A stretch of 33,592 nt of DNA from Gemmatimonadales bacterium (lineage in GTDB: Bacteria > Gemmatimonadota > Gemmatimonadetes > Gemmatimonadales > GWC2-71-9). Below the pieces are notes generated by a model, which saw nothing but the letters and a program-made list of their open reading frames with translations, had not been told where the DNA came from and made no database searches. The position numbers were made by a program, and so were the translations under genes. Positions 1 through 8,576 of this stretch are shown piece by piece. The stretch is taken from contig JAZFQE010000149.1 in assembly GCA_036444955.1 (NCBI GenBank), positions 1 through 33,592 on the forward strand, written 5' to 3'. Numbering within the stretch: the first letter of the stretch is position 1; each line of letters starts with the position of its first letter.

Positions 1-179
1 AATCGCAGCACCATGTAGCCAATCAGAAGCCACCCGCGCCGCCCGACCAAGCGCAGATCACATTGTTCAATGACGCGTCACAGCTAGTGGAAGATCTGAA
101 GAAACTTGACCCGGAAAACATGACACCCGTTGAAGCACTTAACCGACTAGCCGAACTCAAACGTCAGCTCGGAGGATAG
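1..179 (+). CDS. mutS: DNA mismatch repair protein MutS, C-terminal fragment (5' end outside the window)
   Basis: Frame 3 is open from the window edge to TAG at 177-179. It translates as ...QITLFNDASQLVEDLKKLDPENMTPVEALNRLAELKRQLGG*, which matches the characteristic MutS C-terminal tail (LF...ldpxn-TP-EALN-L-ELK). It is absent from the ORF track because it has no start codon in the window. Confidence 0.7.
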   Translation, partial: SQHHVANQKPPAPPDQAQITLFNDASQLVEDLKKLDPENMTPVEALNRLAELKRQLGG

Positions 180-180
180 G

Positions 181-573
181 GTGAGGTCACTGATCTTATG
201 CACTTGCCTGCTAGCAGCGTGCGGACAGCCAGACGAGGCAGCGGACGATGCAGGTACCGGCGCGGGTGACTTTCAACAGCCTGTACTGACTAACGCGAAC
301 CCTCCCGTGCGGTTTCCTCCGGAGCTCTTTGAGAACGGCGTGGATGGTGCAGTTGTACTCCGATTGTATGTAGATGAGACCGGCACGGTAAACCCAGACT
401 CCACCATGATTGCGCAGAGCAGCGGAATTGCCGAGCTGGATTCCGCTGCCTTACTGGGCGTACCCAGAATGCGATTCGCTCCAGCAACGCGCGGCGGCGA
501 GCCGGTTGCCGTAATGTTTCTACAGCCCGTCACCTTTCAGCACGATGAAAGTCCGTCGTCCGCGCAGCCGTGA
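181..573 (+). CDS. TonB C-terminal domain lipoprotein (energy transducer TonB-like)
   Basis: 130-aa ORF with a GTG start. The N-terminus has a lipobox-like signal (LLAAC|GQ). The C-terminal region (FPPELFENGVDGAVVLRLYVDETGTV...SSGIAELDSAALLGVPRMRFAPATRGGEPV) fits the TonB_C fold pattern. Confidence 0.7.
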   Translation: MRSLILCTCLLAACGQPDEAADDAGTGAGDFQQPVLTNANPPVRFPPELFENGVDGAVVLRLYVDETGTVNPDSTMIAQSSGIAELDSAALLGVPRMRFAPATRGGEPVAVMFLQPVTFQHDESPSSAQP

Positions 574-1955
574 AACCGCCACACTCTCGCCCATATGATT
601 CAGTTCTCCAAACGATAGGATGGACACCGCTCATCCGCTTGACCCGGGTAGCAAAAGGTCTCCGTACACCCATCTATGGAAAGGCGGAATTTTTTAACCC
701 TGGTGCATCCGTCAAGGACCGGATCGGGATTGCCATCATCGAGGCGGCGGAGAAAAGCGGAGAACTCAAGCAGGGAGGAACGATTGTTGAGGGTACGTCG
801 GGTAACACCGGTGTTGGCCTTGCGATTGCAGCGGCCCTGAAGGGCTACCAGTGCATCTTCACGATGCCCGACAAGATGTCGAACGAGAAGGTCCAGCTAC
901 TAAAGGCTTTTGGTGCCGAGGTGATCATAACGCCGACGGCGGTTCCGCCGGATCATCCGGACAACTACGTGATGAAAGCCAAACAGATAGTGAAGGACAC
1001 TCCCAACTCGATCCTCGCGGATCAGTTCTACAATCCCATCAATCCCGAAGTCCATTACAACACAACAGGGCCGGAGATTTGGCACCAGACTGAGGGAAGG
1101 GTGACACACTTTGTAGCATCGGCAGGGACGGGTGGCACGATAAGCGGCGCAGGCAAATACCTGAAGGAAGAGAATCCCAATATCAAAGTCATTGCCGGCG
1201 ATCCAGTGGGCTCCATCTACACAGCCGAGAGCCGCGGCGAAACTGTAGAAGGACACCCCTATAAGGTTGAGGGTATCGGGGGAGATAAGATCCCGACCAC
1301 GCTCCACTTCAAATACGTAGACGAGTTTCGCACCGTAACTGACGCCGATTCGTTTCAGATGGCGCGGCGCATAACCCGGGAGGAGGGTCTCTTCGTTGGC
1401 GGTAGCAGTGGGACGAACGTCTATGTCGCTCTGAAGATCGCCGCAGAGCTCGACGATCCCGACGCGTTGATCGTAGCGATGCTACCCTCCACCGGCGAGG
1501 CGTATCTGTCCAAGTTCTACAGCGACGACTGGATGCGGCAAAATCAGATGATGGAAGTGGAGCGGGTATCAGCAGGTACTTTGCTGGAACAAAAAGATTC
1601 TGGTCCCCCTGAACTGGTGACGGTTCCGCCGACGGCCACGGTGCGCCAGGCGATCAATCTCATGTCCACATACAACGTTTCGCAGCTTCCCGTAGTTGCC
1701 GACGGCGACTGCGTGGGCTCGGTGTCCGAGGGTGATCTGCTCGCAAAGGCCATCGCGGACAGCTCTCTTCTCGACCGGCCTGTAGCCGAGAGCATGGACA
1801 CTCCTTATCCCGTAGTCGACGTGAGCATCGCTCTCGAAAAGCTCACGCAATTGCTCTCGCTTGAGGCCTCCGCCGCGCTTGTGCGAGAAAAGGGCGTGCT
1901 ACGAGGTATCGTTACTCGCTTCGACATACTCAAGAGTGTGGCAGGGATTCGCTAA
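570..1955 (+). CDS. Cystathionine beta-synthase (PLP-dependent CysK/CBS fold plus C-terminal CBS-domain pair)
   Basis: 461 aa. The N-terminal 320 aa carry the PLP-enzyme motifs (NPGASVKDR, GTSGNTG, GTGGT). The C-terminal 130 aa look like a tandem CBS pair. The GTG start overlaps the upstream stop as GTGA. Confidence 0.85.
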   Translation: MKPPHSRPYDSVLQTIGWTPLIRLTRVAKGLRTPIYGKAEFFNPGASVKDRIGIAIIEAAEKSGELKQGGTIVEGTSGNTGVGLAIAAALKGYQCIFTMPDKMSNEKVQLLKAFGAEVIITPTAVPPDHPDNYVMKAKQIVKDTPNSILADQFYNPINPEVHYNTTGPEIWHQTEGRVTHFVASAGTGGTISGAGKYLKEENPNIKVIAGDPVGSIYTAESRGETVEGHPYKVEGIGGDKIPTTLHFKYVDEFRTVTDADSFQMARRITREEGLFVGGSSGTNVYVALKIAAELDDPDALIVAMLPSTGEAYLSKFYSDDWMRQNQMMEVERVSAGTLLEQKDSGPPELVTVPPTATVRQAINLMSTYNVSQLPVVADGDCVGSVSEGDLLAKAIADSSLLDRPVAESMDTPYPVVDVSIALEKLTQLLSLEASAALVREKGVLRGIVTRFDILKSVAGIR

Positions 1956-1971
1956 GGAATCCACGCTAGGG

Positions 1972-2358
1972 ATGTCGCACTACCTACTTTCCGCCGAAAC
2001 AAGTTTCTCGGCAGCTCACACGCTCCCCGGCGTGGACAAGTGTGAAAAGTTCCACGGTCATAATTGGAAAGTGCGTCTGACTATCCGGGTCGACGAGGCG
2101 AATCTCGACGGAACCGGCATGGGCGTCGATTTCCGCATCATTGAGCAAGTGGCGCGCGAAGCCGTATCCGACTTCGATCACGGCTACCTCAACGATCTGG
2201 AACCATTCAAGTCTCGGATGCCAACCGCTGAAAACGTTGCCAGTATCGTGAGCGAACGGGCTGCATCAGCACTCCGACACCGCGGCTTACGGGCGAAGGT
2301 CAACGAGGTGGAAGTGTGGGAAACCCCGGGGTACCGAGTAACATATCGAACTGAATGA
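1972..2358 (+). CDS. queD: 6-carboxy-5,6,7,8-tetrahydropterin synthase QueD
   Basis: The ORF-track entry 1861-2358 overlaps the CBS gene. The internal ATG at 1972 gives a 128-aa protein, MSHYLLSAETSFSAAHTLPG...CEKFHGHNWKV, with the typical QueD/PTPS Cys-His-His motifs and length. Confidence 0.85.
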   Translation: MSHYLLSAETSFSAAHTLPGVDKCEKFHGHNWKVRLTIRVDEANLDGTGMGVDFRIIEQVAREAVSDFDHGYLNDLEPFKSRMPTAENVASIVSERAASALRHRGLRAKVNEVEVWETPGYRVTYRTE

Positions 2359-3386
2359 CGAAAATTACTGTTCTCACAGGTGGATCGAACGCTGAACGCG
2401 ACGTGGCGATCGCGGGAGCGGCACAGGTAGTGCGGGCGCTCAGAAAATCTCACGACGACGTTCGCGTAGTTGATACCGTTGACGGACCGATCGCACCATC
2501 GGACGAGGCGAGCTACCTATCTTCACGAGTGGACGCCCAACCCCCCAGCCTAGCAGATGTGACCTCCCTGGCCAGCAGAGAACTCGGCCCCAAGTTGGTG
2601 GAGCTGCCGGAGATTGCCGCAGGTGACCTCATCTTTCTGGTCCTCCACGGAAATCAGGGAGAGGGCGGCGACATGCAAGCTCTCCTAGAGGAACACGGGA
2701 TTATTTATACCGGGTCGGGGCCGGAGGGAAGCCGTCTGGCTATGGACAAGAGCGCGGCCAAAAGCAGGTTCGAGAGCGCCGCAATTCCCACGGCGGACTG
2801 GGCCATGTGGCCCGTCTTGGAGGACGATGTTGCCCACCTCGGGCTTCCCCTCATAGTGAAGCCATCCAAAGTGGGATCGACGCTGGGCCTATCTGTAGTC
2901 GATTCAGTGTCGCAGCTCAAGAACGCCGTGGATTTCGCCCTCTCGTATGACGACGAGGTCATGATCGAGAGGTTCGTTCCGGGTCGAGAGTTCACCGTCG
3001 GGGTGCTCGGCGACAGAGCGCTCGCAGTAGGTGAGATATTGCCGACACACGACATCTTCGATTACGAGTGCAAATACACTCCGGGGATGAGCGAGGAGAT
3101 ATTCCCGGCGGCGATAGATGAAGATCTCGCTCGCAAACTCCGGAAGTTGGCTCTGCAGGCTCATGACGCTCTGGAACTCCGCGACTTCTCGCGCGTGGAC
3201 TTCAGACTCGACGAAGCCGGCATTCCGCAGTGCTTGGAGGCAAACACGCTGCCGGGACTCACGAGCACTAGCCTGCTACCCCAATCTGCTGCTGCACAAG
3301 GGATTAGCTTCGCTGAGTTGTGCGAGACAATCTGCGCCCTTGCCCTGCAACGGACTGGATCCCGGAACAAAGTGGGCACCAAGTGA
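2355..3386 (+). CDS. ddl: D-alanine--D-alanine ligase
   Basis: 343 aa. It has the Ddl N-terminus (ITVLTGGSNAERDVAIAGA) and an ATP-grasp body (LIVKPSKVGSTLGLSVV, SRVDFRLDE). The ATG overlaps the queD stop as ATGA. Confidence 0.9.
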   Translation: MTKITVLTGGSNAERDVAIAGAAQVVRALRKSHDDVRVVDTVDGPIAPSDEASYLSSRVDAQPPSLADVTSLASRELGPKLVELPEIAAGDLIFLVLHGNQGEGGDMQALLEEHGIIYTGSGPEGSRLAMDKSAAKSRFESAAIPTADWAMWPVLEDDVAHLGLPLIVKPSKVGSTLGLSVVDSVSQLKNAVDFALSYDDEVMIERFVPGREFTVGVLGDRALAVGEILPTHDIFDYECKYTPGMSEEIFPAAIDEDLARKLRKLALQAHDALELRDFSRVDFRLDEAGIPQCLEANTLPGLTSTSLLPQSAAAQGISFAELCETICALALQRTGSRNKVGTK

Positions 3387-3406
3387 GATACAAAGTATAC
3401 TCGGAT

Positions 3407-4231
3407 ATGCAGTACCAACGCCCACGATCTCCCTTCACCCTGACTCCCTGGGTGAGAGGACTCATCGTCGCCAACGCAGCAGTTTACCTGCTTACCATCA
3501 CAGTGCTCACGGGCCGGTGGTTCCTGACGAGTTTTGCATTCACTCCAGCGGCAGTCATCCAACAGCCGTGGACCTTGTTTAGCTACATGTTCCTACACGG
3601 CGGGGTCATGCACCTTGCCTTCAATATGCTCGTGCTGTTCTTCTTTGGACCAGCCGTTGAAGAACAGCTGGGGAACACTTCCTTTGCACGCTACTACTTT
3701 CTCTGTGGACTCGGAGGAGCGGCGCTCTCCTTTGTCTTCGCGCTGCAAACACCCATAATCGGTGCGTCGGCCGCTGTCTTCGGTGTATCACTTGCGTTCG
3801 CAGTCTACTGGCCCAACGCGCCAATCTACGTATTCCCGATTCCGTTCCCGATAAAAGCCAAATGGCTGGTTGGTTTTCTGGCCGTCTCCTCCCTCCTGCT
3901 GGCCGTGCTGGGGACCTCGGACGGCGTGGCCCATTTCGCCCATCTCGGTGGCTTTCTCTTCGGTGCAGCCTACCTTGGCCGCCAACGTGGCTGGTTTGCC
4001 CGGCTGAAGCCGGCCACCGCGAAGCCGCACGCCACCAAGGTGTTGTTTGTCCACCCCACCGCCGACCAACCAACAAATGGTTCGGAGAAGAACAACAGAT
4101 GGACCGACGAAAACATTCAACGTGAAGTCGATCGCGTGTTGGACAAGATTTCAGCCAGCGGAATCGAGAGTCTCACCCGGGACGAGCGAAACTTTCTCGA
4201 CCGGATGAGCAAGGTGATGCGCGAGCACTAG
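3407..4231 (+). CDS. Rhomboid family intramembrane serine protease with a C-terminal soluble tail
   Basis: The start is taken at ATG 3407, because the track start at 3320 overlaps ddl. It is multi-TM, with HGGVMHLAFNM, a catalytic GASAAVFG (GxSxxxxG) and AHFAHLGGFLFG (catalytic His). Confidence 0.8.
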   Translation: MQYQRPRSPFTLTPWVRGLIVANAAVYLLTITVLTGRWFLTSFAFTPAAVIQQPWTLFSYMFLHGGVMHLAFNMLVLFFFGPAVEEQLGNTSFARYYFLCGLGGAALSFVFALQTPIIGASAAVFGVSLAFAVYWPNAPIYVFPIPFPIKAKWLVGFLAVSSLLLAVLGTSDGVAHFAHLGGFLFGAAYLGRQRGWFARLKPATAKPHATKVLFVHPTADQPTNGSEKNNRWTDENIQREVDRVLDKISASGIESLTRDERNFLDRMSKVMREH

Positions 4232-4238
4232 ATTAGCC

Positions 4239-6200
4239 TTGCTCCTATACTGCTGCATCCTTCTCGCAACCACTCAGTCGGCTCACACCGAAACCCAAGT
4301 CCTTATCGCGAGAGCAGAGTCTCTCATGGTGGCCGGAGAGCTGCGAGAGGCACGACAGATCGTCGAGCCAATAACCCGTCGCGATCCGTCCAATCGAAAC
4401 GCGCTAATGCTGCTCGGGAAGATTCACCTCGATTGGCCGGTCATCGGCCGTTTCAAGGCGTGGCGACTGTTCCGGCGGGCTGCGCGGATAAGCCCTGGGG
4501 ATCCGGAGCCTTACTATCAACAAATGTTGGTGGGAATGCGTCTAGAGGGCGACGACGGCGAACGAATGGCCAGAGACGCAATTTTTAGAACCTGGGAGAT
4601 CGATCCCCACTATAAAGACACCTGGGACGTTTGGGGCAGGCTGTACCAGGGACAGGGTCACTACCGCCGAGCCACCGACATACTAGCTACACACGCCGGG
4701 GATCCGGTGCTGGATCTGCGGCGCGCGAAGTTGCTCATTCGCCTGGAAGATTTCTCTGGCGCTCGATCTCTACTGTCAGGGCTCCTTGAGAATGGTAGGC
4801 AAGACGCAGCTGTGTGGGCCCTCCTGGCGGAGGCTAGCCTCCTGGCCGGAGAAGTAGCCGTCGGAATCGCTTACTATCAAACCGCGATCGAGACATCTGC
4901 AACCGATTCACTTGGCTTGTTATGGGAGCAGATTTCACCCATAGCTTCGCTAGCAGAGGATTCGTCCCACGGATCTCTAGCCCCTGCGAACAGACCATCG
5001 TTCTATCGCGGCTTCTGGGAAAGGCGGGAACCGGACCTCACGGCACCCGGAAACGAGAGAATTTCGGAGCATTTCACACGATTGCGTGTCGCCAGACGCG
5101 CCTACCACCTCAGACACCCTATGTCGATGTTTCACCGCTCCGAGACCTGGAGAGCACTGCAATCGTGGGACAACCAGCTCGTGGCCGAAATTGCAGCCCA
5201 GCTAGATCCCAGTCCCCGCGGGCTTGTGGACGATACAGAAACCTTTCCGGACACGTTGTCGCTTCCTCTTTTCGACGCAAGAGATGTCCCCGAAACGCGT
5301 GGCGAGACGAGGTATAGGAGGTTCGGATTTGATGGACGGGGGCTGCTCTATCTGAGGTTCGGCGAACCCTCCAGGCTGTTCACAACATTCGGAACCGGCG
5401 AGTCCTGGGTTGATCGGTGGTTCTACCGGATCGGCGGGCAGCAGGTATCAATCACGCTTGCGCACCACAGCGGTGATTTACTGTTGAATCCGATTTCTCG
5501 ACAGGAGTTCGAGAACACGAAAACTCTCCTGGAGAACGACGATACATCCATAGACGCGACCATACCAATGAAAATCTGGGTCGCGACCTTCAGATCACAT
5601 CTGGTCGGCGGCACAGAAGTCTACATTCGGACGTCGCCGGAAGGCTCAACGGTCGCGCTGTGGGATGAAGATTGGAACCGCTTGCTGACCCACGAAGGAT
5701 TCGATCTGCACATCCTGACCGCTACCGGAGGCGTACGGCATGTTGGCGTGGACCACCGCTCGAACGAGGAGATGGGTAGAATTCGGGGCACAACTCGGAT
5801 CCCATCGTTCGGCCCTGGGAGGCTTTCGGTATCGAGCATCCTGATCGGGTTGGCGGCGGACAGCGCCGAGGGTCGCAAGGCCTCCGCCAAGTCCATGCCC
5901 GTAGATCTTAGATTTCCGACCGATTCCGCGGTCAAGTTGTATTCCGAGATCTACGAGTTGCAGGCTGACGGGCGCGCAGCAGAATACTACGTCGAATACA
6001 CCTTCCAGAAAACGGACGACGATACTTACATAAGTTTTGCGTTCACCCGGCGAACCCCCTGGCAAGAAACAGTTGTCGAAAACATGATAATCGAGCCGGG
6101 TCGCATCCCCGAGGGTAACTACAACATTGTTTTGCGCATCCGCGACCAGATTGGAAACCAAGAAACGGCCATCTCTCGAGTCAATGTAAGATTCGACTAA
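4239..6200 (+). CDS. TPR-repeat protein with a divergent GWxTD-like C-terminal region
   Basis: 653 aa with a TTG start and a hydrophobic N-terminus. The first ~230 aa are TPR-like helical repeats. The segment FYRGFWERREPDLTAPGNERISEHFTRLRVARRAY ... RYRRFGFDGRGLLYLRFGEPSR parallels the FW..DP...N....Y..R...A......GWxTDRG.i.i..G.PD layout of the GWxTD protein at 18030-19409, but the motif is degenerate (GFDGRG). Confidence 0.5.
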   Translation: MLLYCCILLATTQSAHTETQVLIARAESLMVAGELREARQIVEPITRRDPSNRNALMLLGKIHLDWPVIGRFKAWRLFRRAARISPGDPEPYYQQMLVGMRLEGDDGERMARDAIFRTWEIDPHYKDTWDVWGRLYQGQGHYRRATDILATHAGDPVLDLRRAKLLIRLEDFSGARSLLSGLLENGRQDAAVWALLAEASLLAGEVAVGIAYYQTAIETSATDSLGLLWEQISPIASLAEDSSHGSLAPANRPSFYRGFWERREPDLTAPGNERISEHFTRLRVARRAYHLRHPMSMFHRSETWRALQSWDNQLVAEIAAQLDPSPRGLVDDTETFPDTLSLPLFDARDVPETRGETRYRRFGFDGRGLLYLRFGEPSRLFTTFGTGESWVDRWFYRIGGQQVSITLAHHSGDLLLNPISRQEFENTKTLLENDDTSIDATIPMKIWVATFRSHLVGGTEVYIRTSPEGSTVALWDEDWNRLLTHEGFDLHILTATGGVRHVGVDHRSNEEMGRIRGTTRIPSFGPGRLSVSSILIGLAADSAEGRKASAKSMPVDLRFPTDSAVKLYSEIYELQADGRAAEYYVEYTFQKTDDDTYISFAFTRRTPWQETVVENMIIEPGRIPEGNYNIVLRIRDQIGNQETAISRVNVRFD

Positions 6201-6249
6201 CTTGGGACTTGTCTCAGCGGGAGCATCCCATGAAATTGGGGGCGCTCGG

Positions 6250-7194
6250 ATGCTGATAAATCTGGTCCCGGAGTTTCTCGCCCTTTTAGAGGCGCCAGAT
6301 CCACTGGAAGCCTACCATCGGTACCTCGACGAGCATCGCGCAATCCTTTCCGCTTATTGGCACAACTACGTACTCGACTTGACCAGTCCCCATGTGGACG
6401 AGGTTATCAGCAGGACACTCGCAGCAGACAGATCCGACCTCAGAGAACTCCTCAGCGAGGTCGACATCACAGTGCTGGCGAGCGAGACAATCTCACGGTG
6501 CGAGGAACTGTACGAGATCGACTCCGATGTCGATACCTACCTCATGGTAGGAGTTGGTGGCGCCAACGCCGGCGAGCTCGTTGTGGACGGCCGCGGTGTG
6601 GCTTTCGTCTGTCTCGAACACTTCACCGGACGGGCAAATCCGGAAACATACGGACTAGGACTGTCCCCCGAACTCATTCCGATCTGGATTGCCCACGAGC
6701 TCGCGCATGCGGTGCGCTATACCTCGCCCTCGAGCGCGAGCGAAATAGCCAAGCTCGTAGCGCAAACGGGCGGATTCTACGACTACTGGGAGACCGGGAG
6801 CAACGTCACCTTAATCGAACTTCTGGTCAACGAAGGACTCGCGATTCGGGCCTCCAGCAAGAGCGTACCCGATCGCGATCCGTGCGATTACTTGGGATAC
6901 GGACGCCGGCAATACCGCCGCCTCCGCGAACTGGAAGCTTTCTTGCGGAGCGAAGTAGCGAAAGAGTTCGGTCTAACCGGTCTGGGGTATCGGCTGCGCT
7001 ACCTGTCCGGCGGGGTGAGTCCGGCTTCCCGGATGGTTGGCGGCAAGATCATCCCGCAGCGGGCCGGTTACTACTTGGGTTACCGGATGGTTGAATCGCT
7101 GGTGGCTCAACGCGGCATAGCGCGGGCGTTGCGAGCCTCCGCTCAAGAGTGCCTCGATGCCGACGACCTCGCAACGAAGCTCCACACAGCCTGA
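6250..7194 (+). CDS. DUF2268-like putative zinc-dependent peptidase (HExxH)
   Basis: The ORF track gives 6202-7194 from a TTG start. I prefer ATG 6250, which is preceded by a GGGGG tract. It contains the HExxH motif IAHELAHAVRY and a C-terminal AGYYLGYRMV segment, both typical of DUF2268-type predicted proteases. Confidence 0.55.
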   Translation: MLINLVPEFLALLEAPDPLEAYHRYLDEHRAILSAYWHNYVLDLTSPHVDEVISRTLAADRSDLRELLSEVDITVLASETISRCEELYEIDSDVDTYLMVGVGGANAGELVVDGRGVAFVCLEHFTGRANPETYGLGLSPELIPIWIAHELAHAVRYTSPSSASEIAKLVAQTGGFYDYWETGSNVTLIELLVNEGLAIRASSKSVPDRDPCDYLGYGRRQYRRLRELEAFLRSEVAKEFGLTGLGYRLRYLSGGVSPASRMVGGKIIPQRAGYYLGYRMVESLVAQRGIARALRASAQECLDADDLATKLHTA

Positions 7195-7200
7195 CCAAAC

Positions 7201-8541
7201 CTACTTACCCACGCAAAACTTGGAGAAAATCCGCTCCAACACGTCTTCCGTGGTCACCACCCCAATTACATTCTCAAGAGCGGTAACCGCCGCCCTAAGA
7301 TGTGTGGCCGCGACGACGGCCTCAATGCGGGCAGAGCGAGCCGTCGCGAAACTTTCCAGCTCGTCTCGAGCGCATCCGATCGCCGCGCGGTGCCGGGCAC
7401 GGGTCAGCACTGGTTCGTAGTCAGCCTGGAGCGCTAACGTCCGAAAGGCAGCCTCCGCCAGTGTGGTTCTCAACTCCTCAATCCCTTCGCCGGTAACAGC
7501 CGACACCCGTACTCCTACTCCGTCACCTCGCAAGTCCGTCATATCGCTCTTGGTCCGCGCTACCAGAACTGGAACAGACACCGACCCCAGGAAGTCGGTT
7601 TCCTCGGTCGTCATCTCGTCTCCCGCTTCTACGCACAGTATCACGACGTCGGCCGAGCCTATGTACTTCCGGCTCACCTCGATCCCTAGCGTCTCCACCC
7701 GGTCATCACTCTCGCGCAGTCCAGCAGTATCAGCCAATCGAAAAGGGAATCCAGAACAGGTCACGTTACCCTCTATCGTGTCGCGGGTCGTACCGGGAAT
7801 CTCTGTCACGATCGCCCGTTCCTGGCCAAGAAGTGCGTTGAAGAGCGAAGATTTGCCGACGTTTGGTCGCCCCGCGATAACCGCCAAAGCTCCTTCTCTA
7901 ACACGCTCACCCTCCTCCGCGGTACTCAGCAGCCCGCTGAGCGATTCGTGCAGCGCATCAGTCAGTGCCCGGACCTTTTCCGGATCTACCGGTCCACTGT
8001 CCTCTTCGGGAAAATCGATGTCGTAGGAGATCAGGGCTTCAAGCTCGAGAACGCCATCGCGGAGTTTCTCAAGCCTCGTAGAAAGTCCCCGATCCAACTG
8101 GTGCAATGCCATCTTTCTCTGAGCAGGCGCGCTGGCGTCGACCAAATCCCCCACGGCCTCAGCCTGAAGCAGATCCATCTTTCCATGGAGAACCGCTCGC
8201 ATCGTGAATTCGCCTGGTCTTGCCTGCCGGGCACCAGCGGCGATCAGCGCTTCCACGACTCCAGTGGGTACCAGGAAGCCGCCATGCGTAGATATCTCGA
8301 CCAAATCCTCGCCCGTAAACGACGCCGGAGCCGCATACGACACGTACAGCACCTCGTCCAGCACTTCCCGAGTCTTGGGATGAACGGCTCGTGTGAGCCT
8401 TGTCTGCCGGGGCGGTTCCGCCTTGAAGGAAACAAGCACTTCAGCCACGCAAGCAAGGGCGGCGGCGCCGCTGACCCTGATGGTCGCAAGTGCGGAGCGA
8501 CCCGGTGGGGTGGCTAGGGCAACGATGACATCTGACAGCAT
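7201..8541 (-). CDS. mnmE: tRNA uridine-5-carboxymethylaminomethyl modification GTPase MnmE (TrmE)
   Basis: 446 aa. G-domain motifs are present (GRPNVGKSSLFN, DTAGLR, TKSD), and it ends in the hallmark C-terminal FCVGK. Confidence 0.95.
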   Translation of the reverse strand: MLSDVIVALATPPGRSALATIRVSGAAALACVAEVLVSFKAEPPRQTRLTRAVHPKTREVLDEVLYVSYAAPASFTGEDLVEISTHGGFLVPTGVVEALIAAGARQARPGEFTMRAVLHGKMDLLQAEAVGDLVDASAPAQRKMALHQLDRGLSTRLEKLRDGVLELEALISYDIDFPEEDSGPVDPEKVRALTDALHESLSGLLSTAEEGERVREGALAVIAGRPNVGKSSLFNALLGQERAIVTEIPGTTRDTIEGNVTCSGFPFRLADTAGLRESDDRVETLGIEVSRKYIGSADVVILCVEAGDEMTTEETDFLGSVSVPVLVARTKSDMTDLRGDGVGVRVSAVTGEGIEELRTTLAEAAFRTLALQADYEPVLTRARHRAAIGCARDELESFATARSARIEAVVAATHLRAAVTALENVIGVVTTEDVLERIFSKFCVGK

Positions 8542-8576
8542 GGCTGTACGACTAAAGCTGCCGGACCAACCCGAAC

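Noticed and set aside
3621-4120. Minus-strand ORFs of 151 aa and 110 aa antisense to the rhomboid gene.
   Set aside because: They give Arg-rich, low-complexity translations opposite a gene with clear catalytic rhomboid motifs.
6357-7094. A 245-aa same-strand alternative-frame ORF inside the DUF2268-like gene.
   Set aside because: The translation is extremely Arg/Gly/Pro-rich and of low complexity, typical of an off-frame reading of GC-rich coding DNA. The annotated frame carries the HExxH motif.
7463-8026. A 187-aa ORF antisense to mnmE, together with 7948-8517 (189 aa).
   Set aside because: The translations are Ser/Thr/Pro/Arg-rich antisense readings. mnmE on the other strand is unambiguous, with its G-domain motifs and C-terminal FCVGK.
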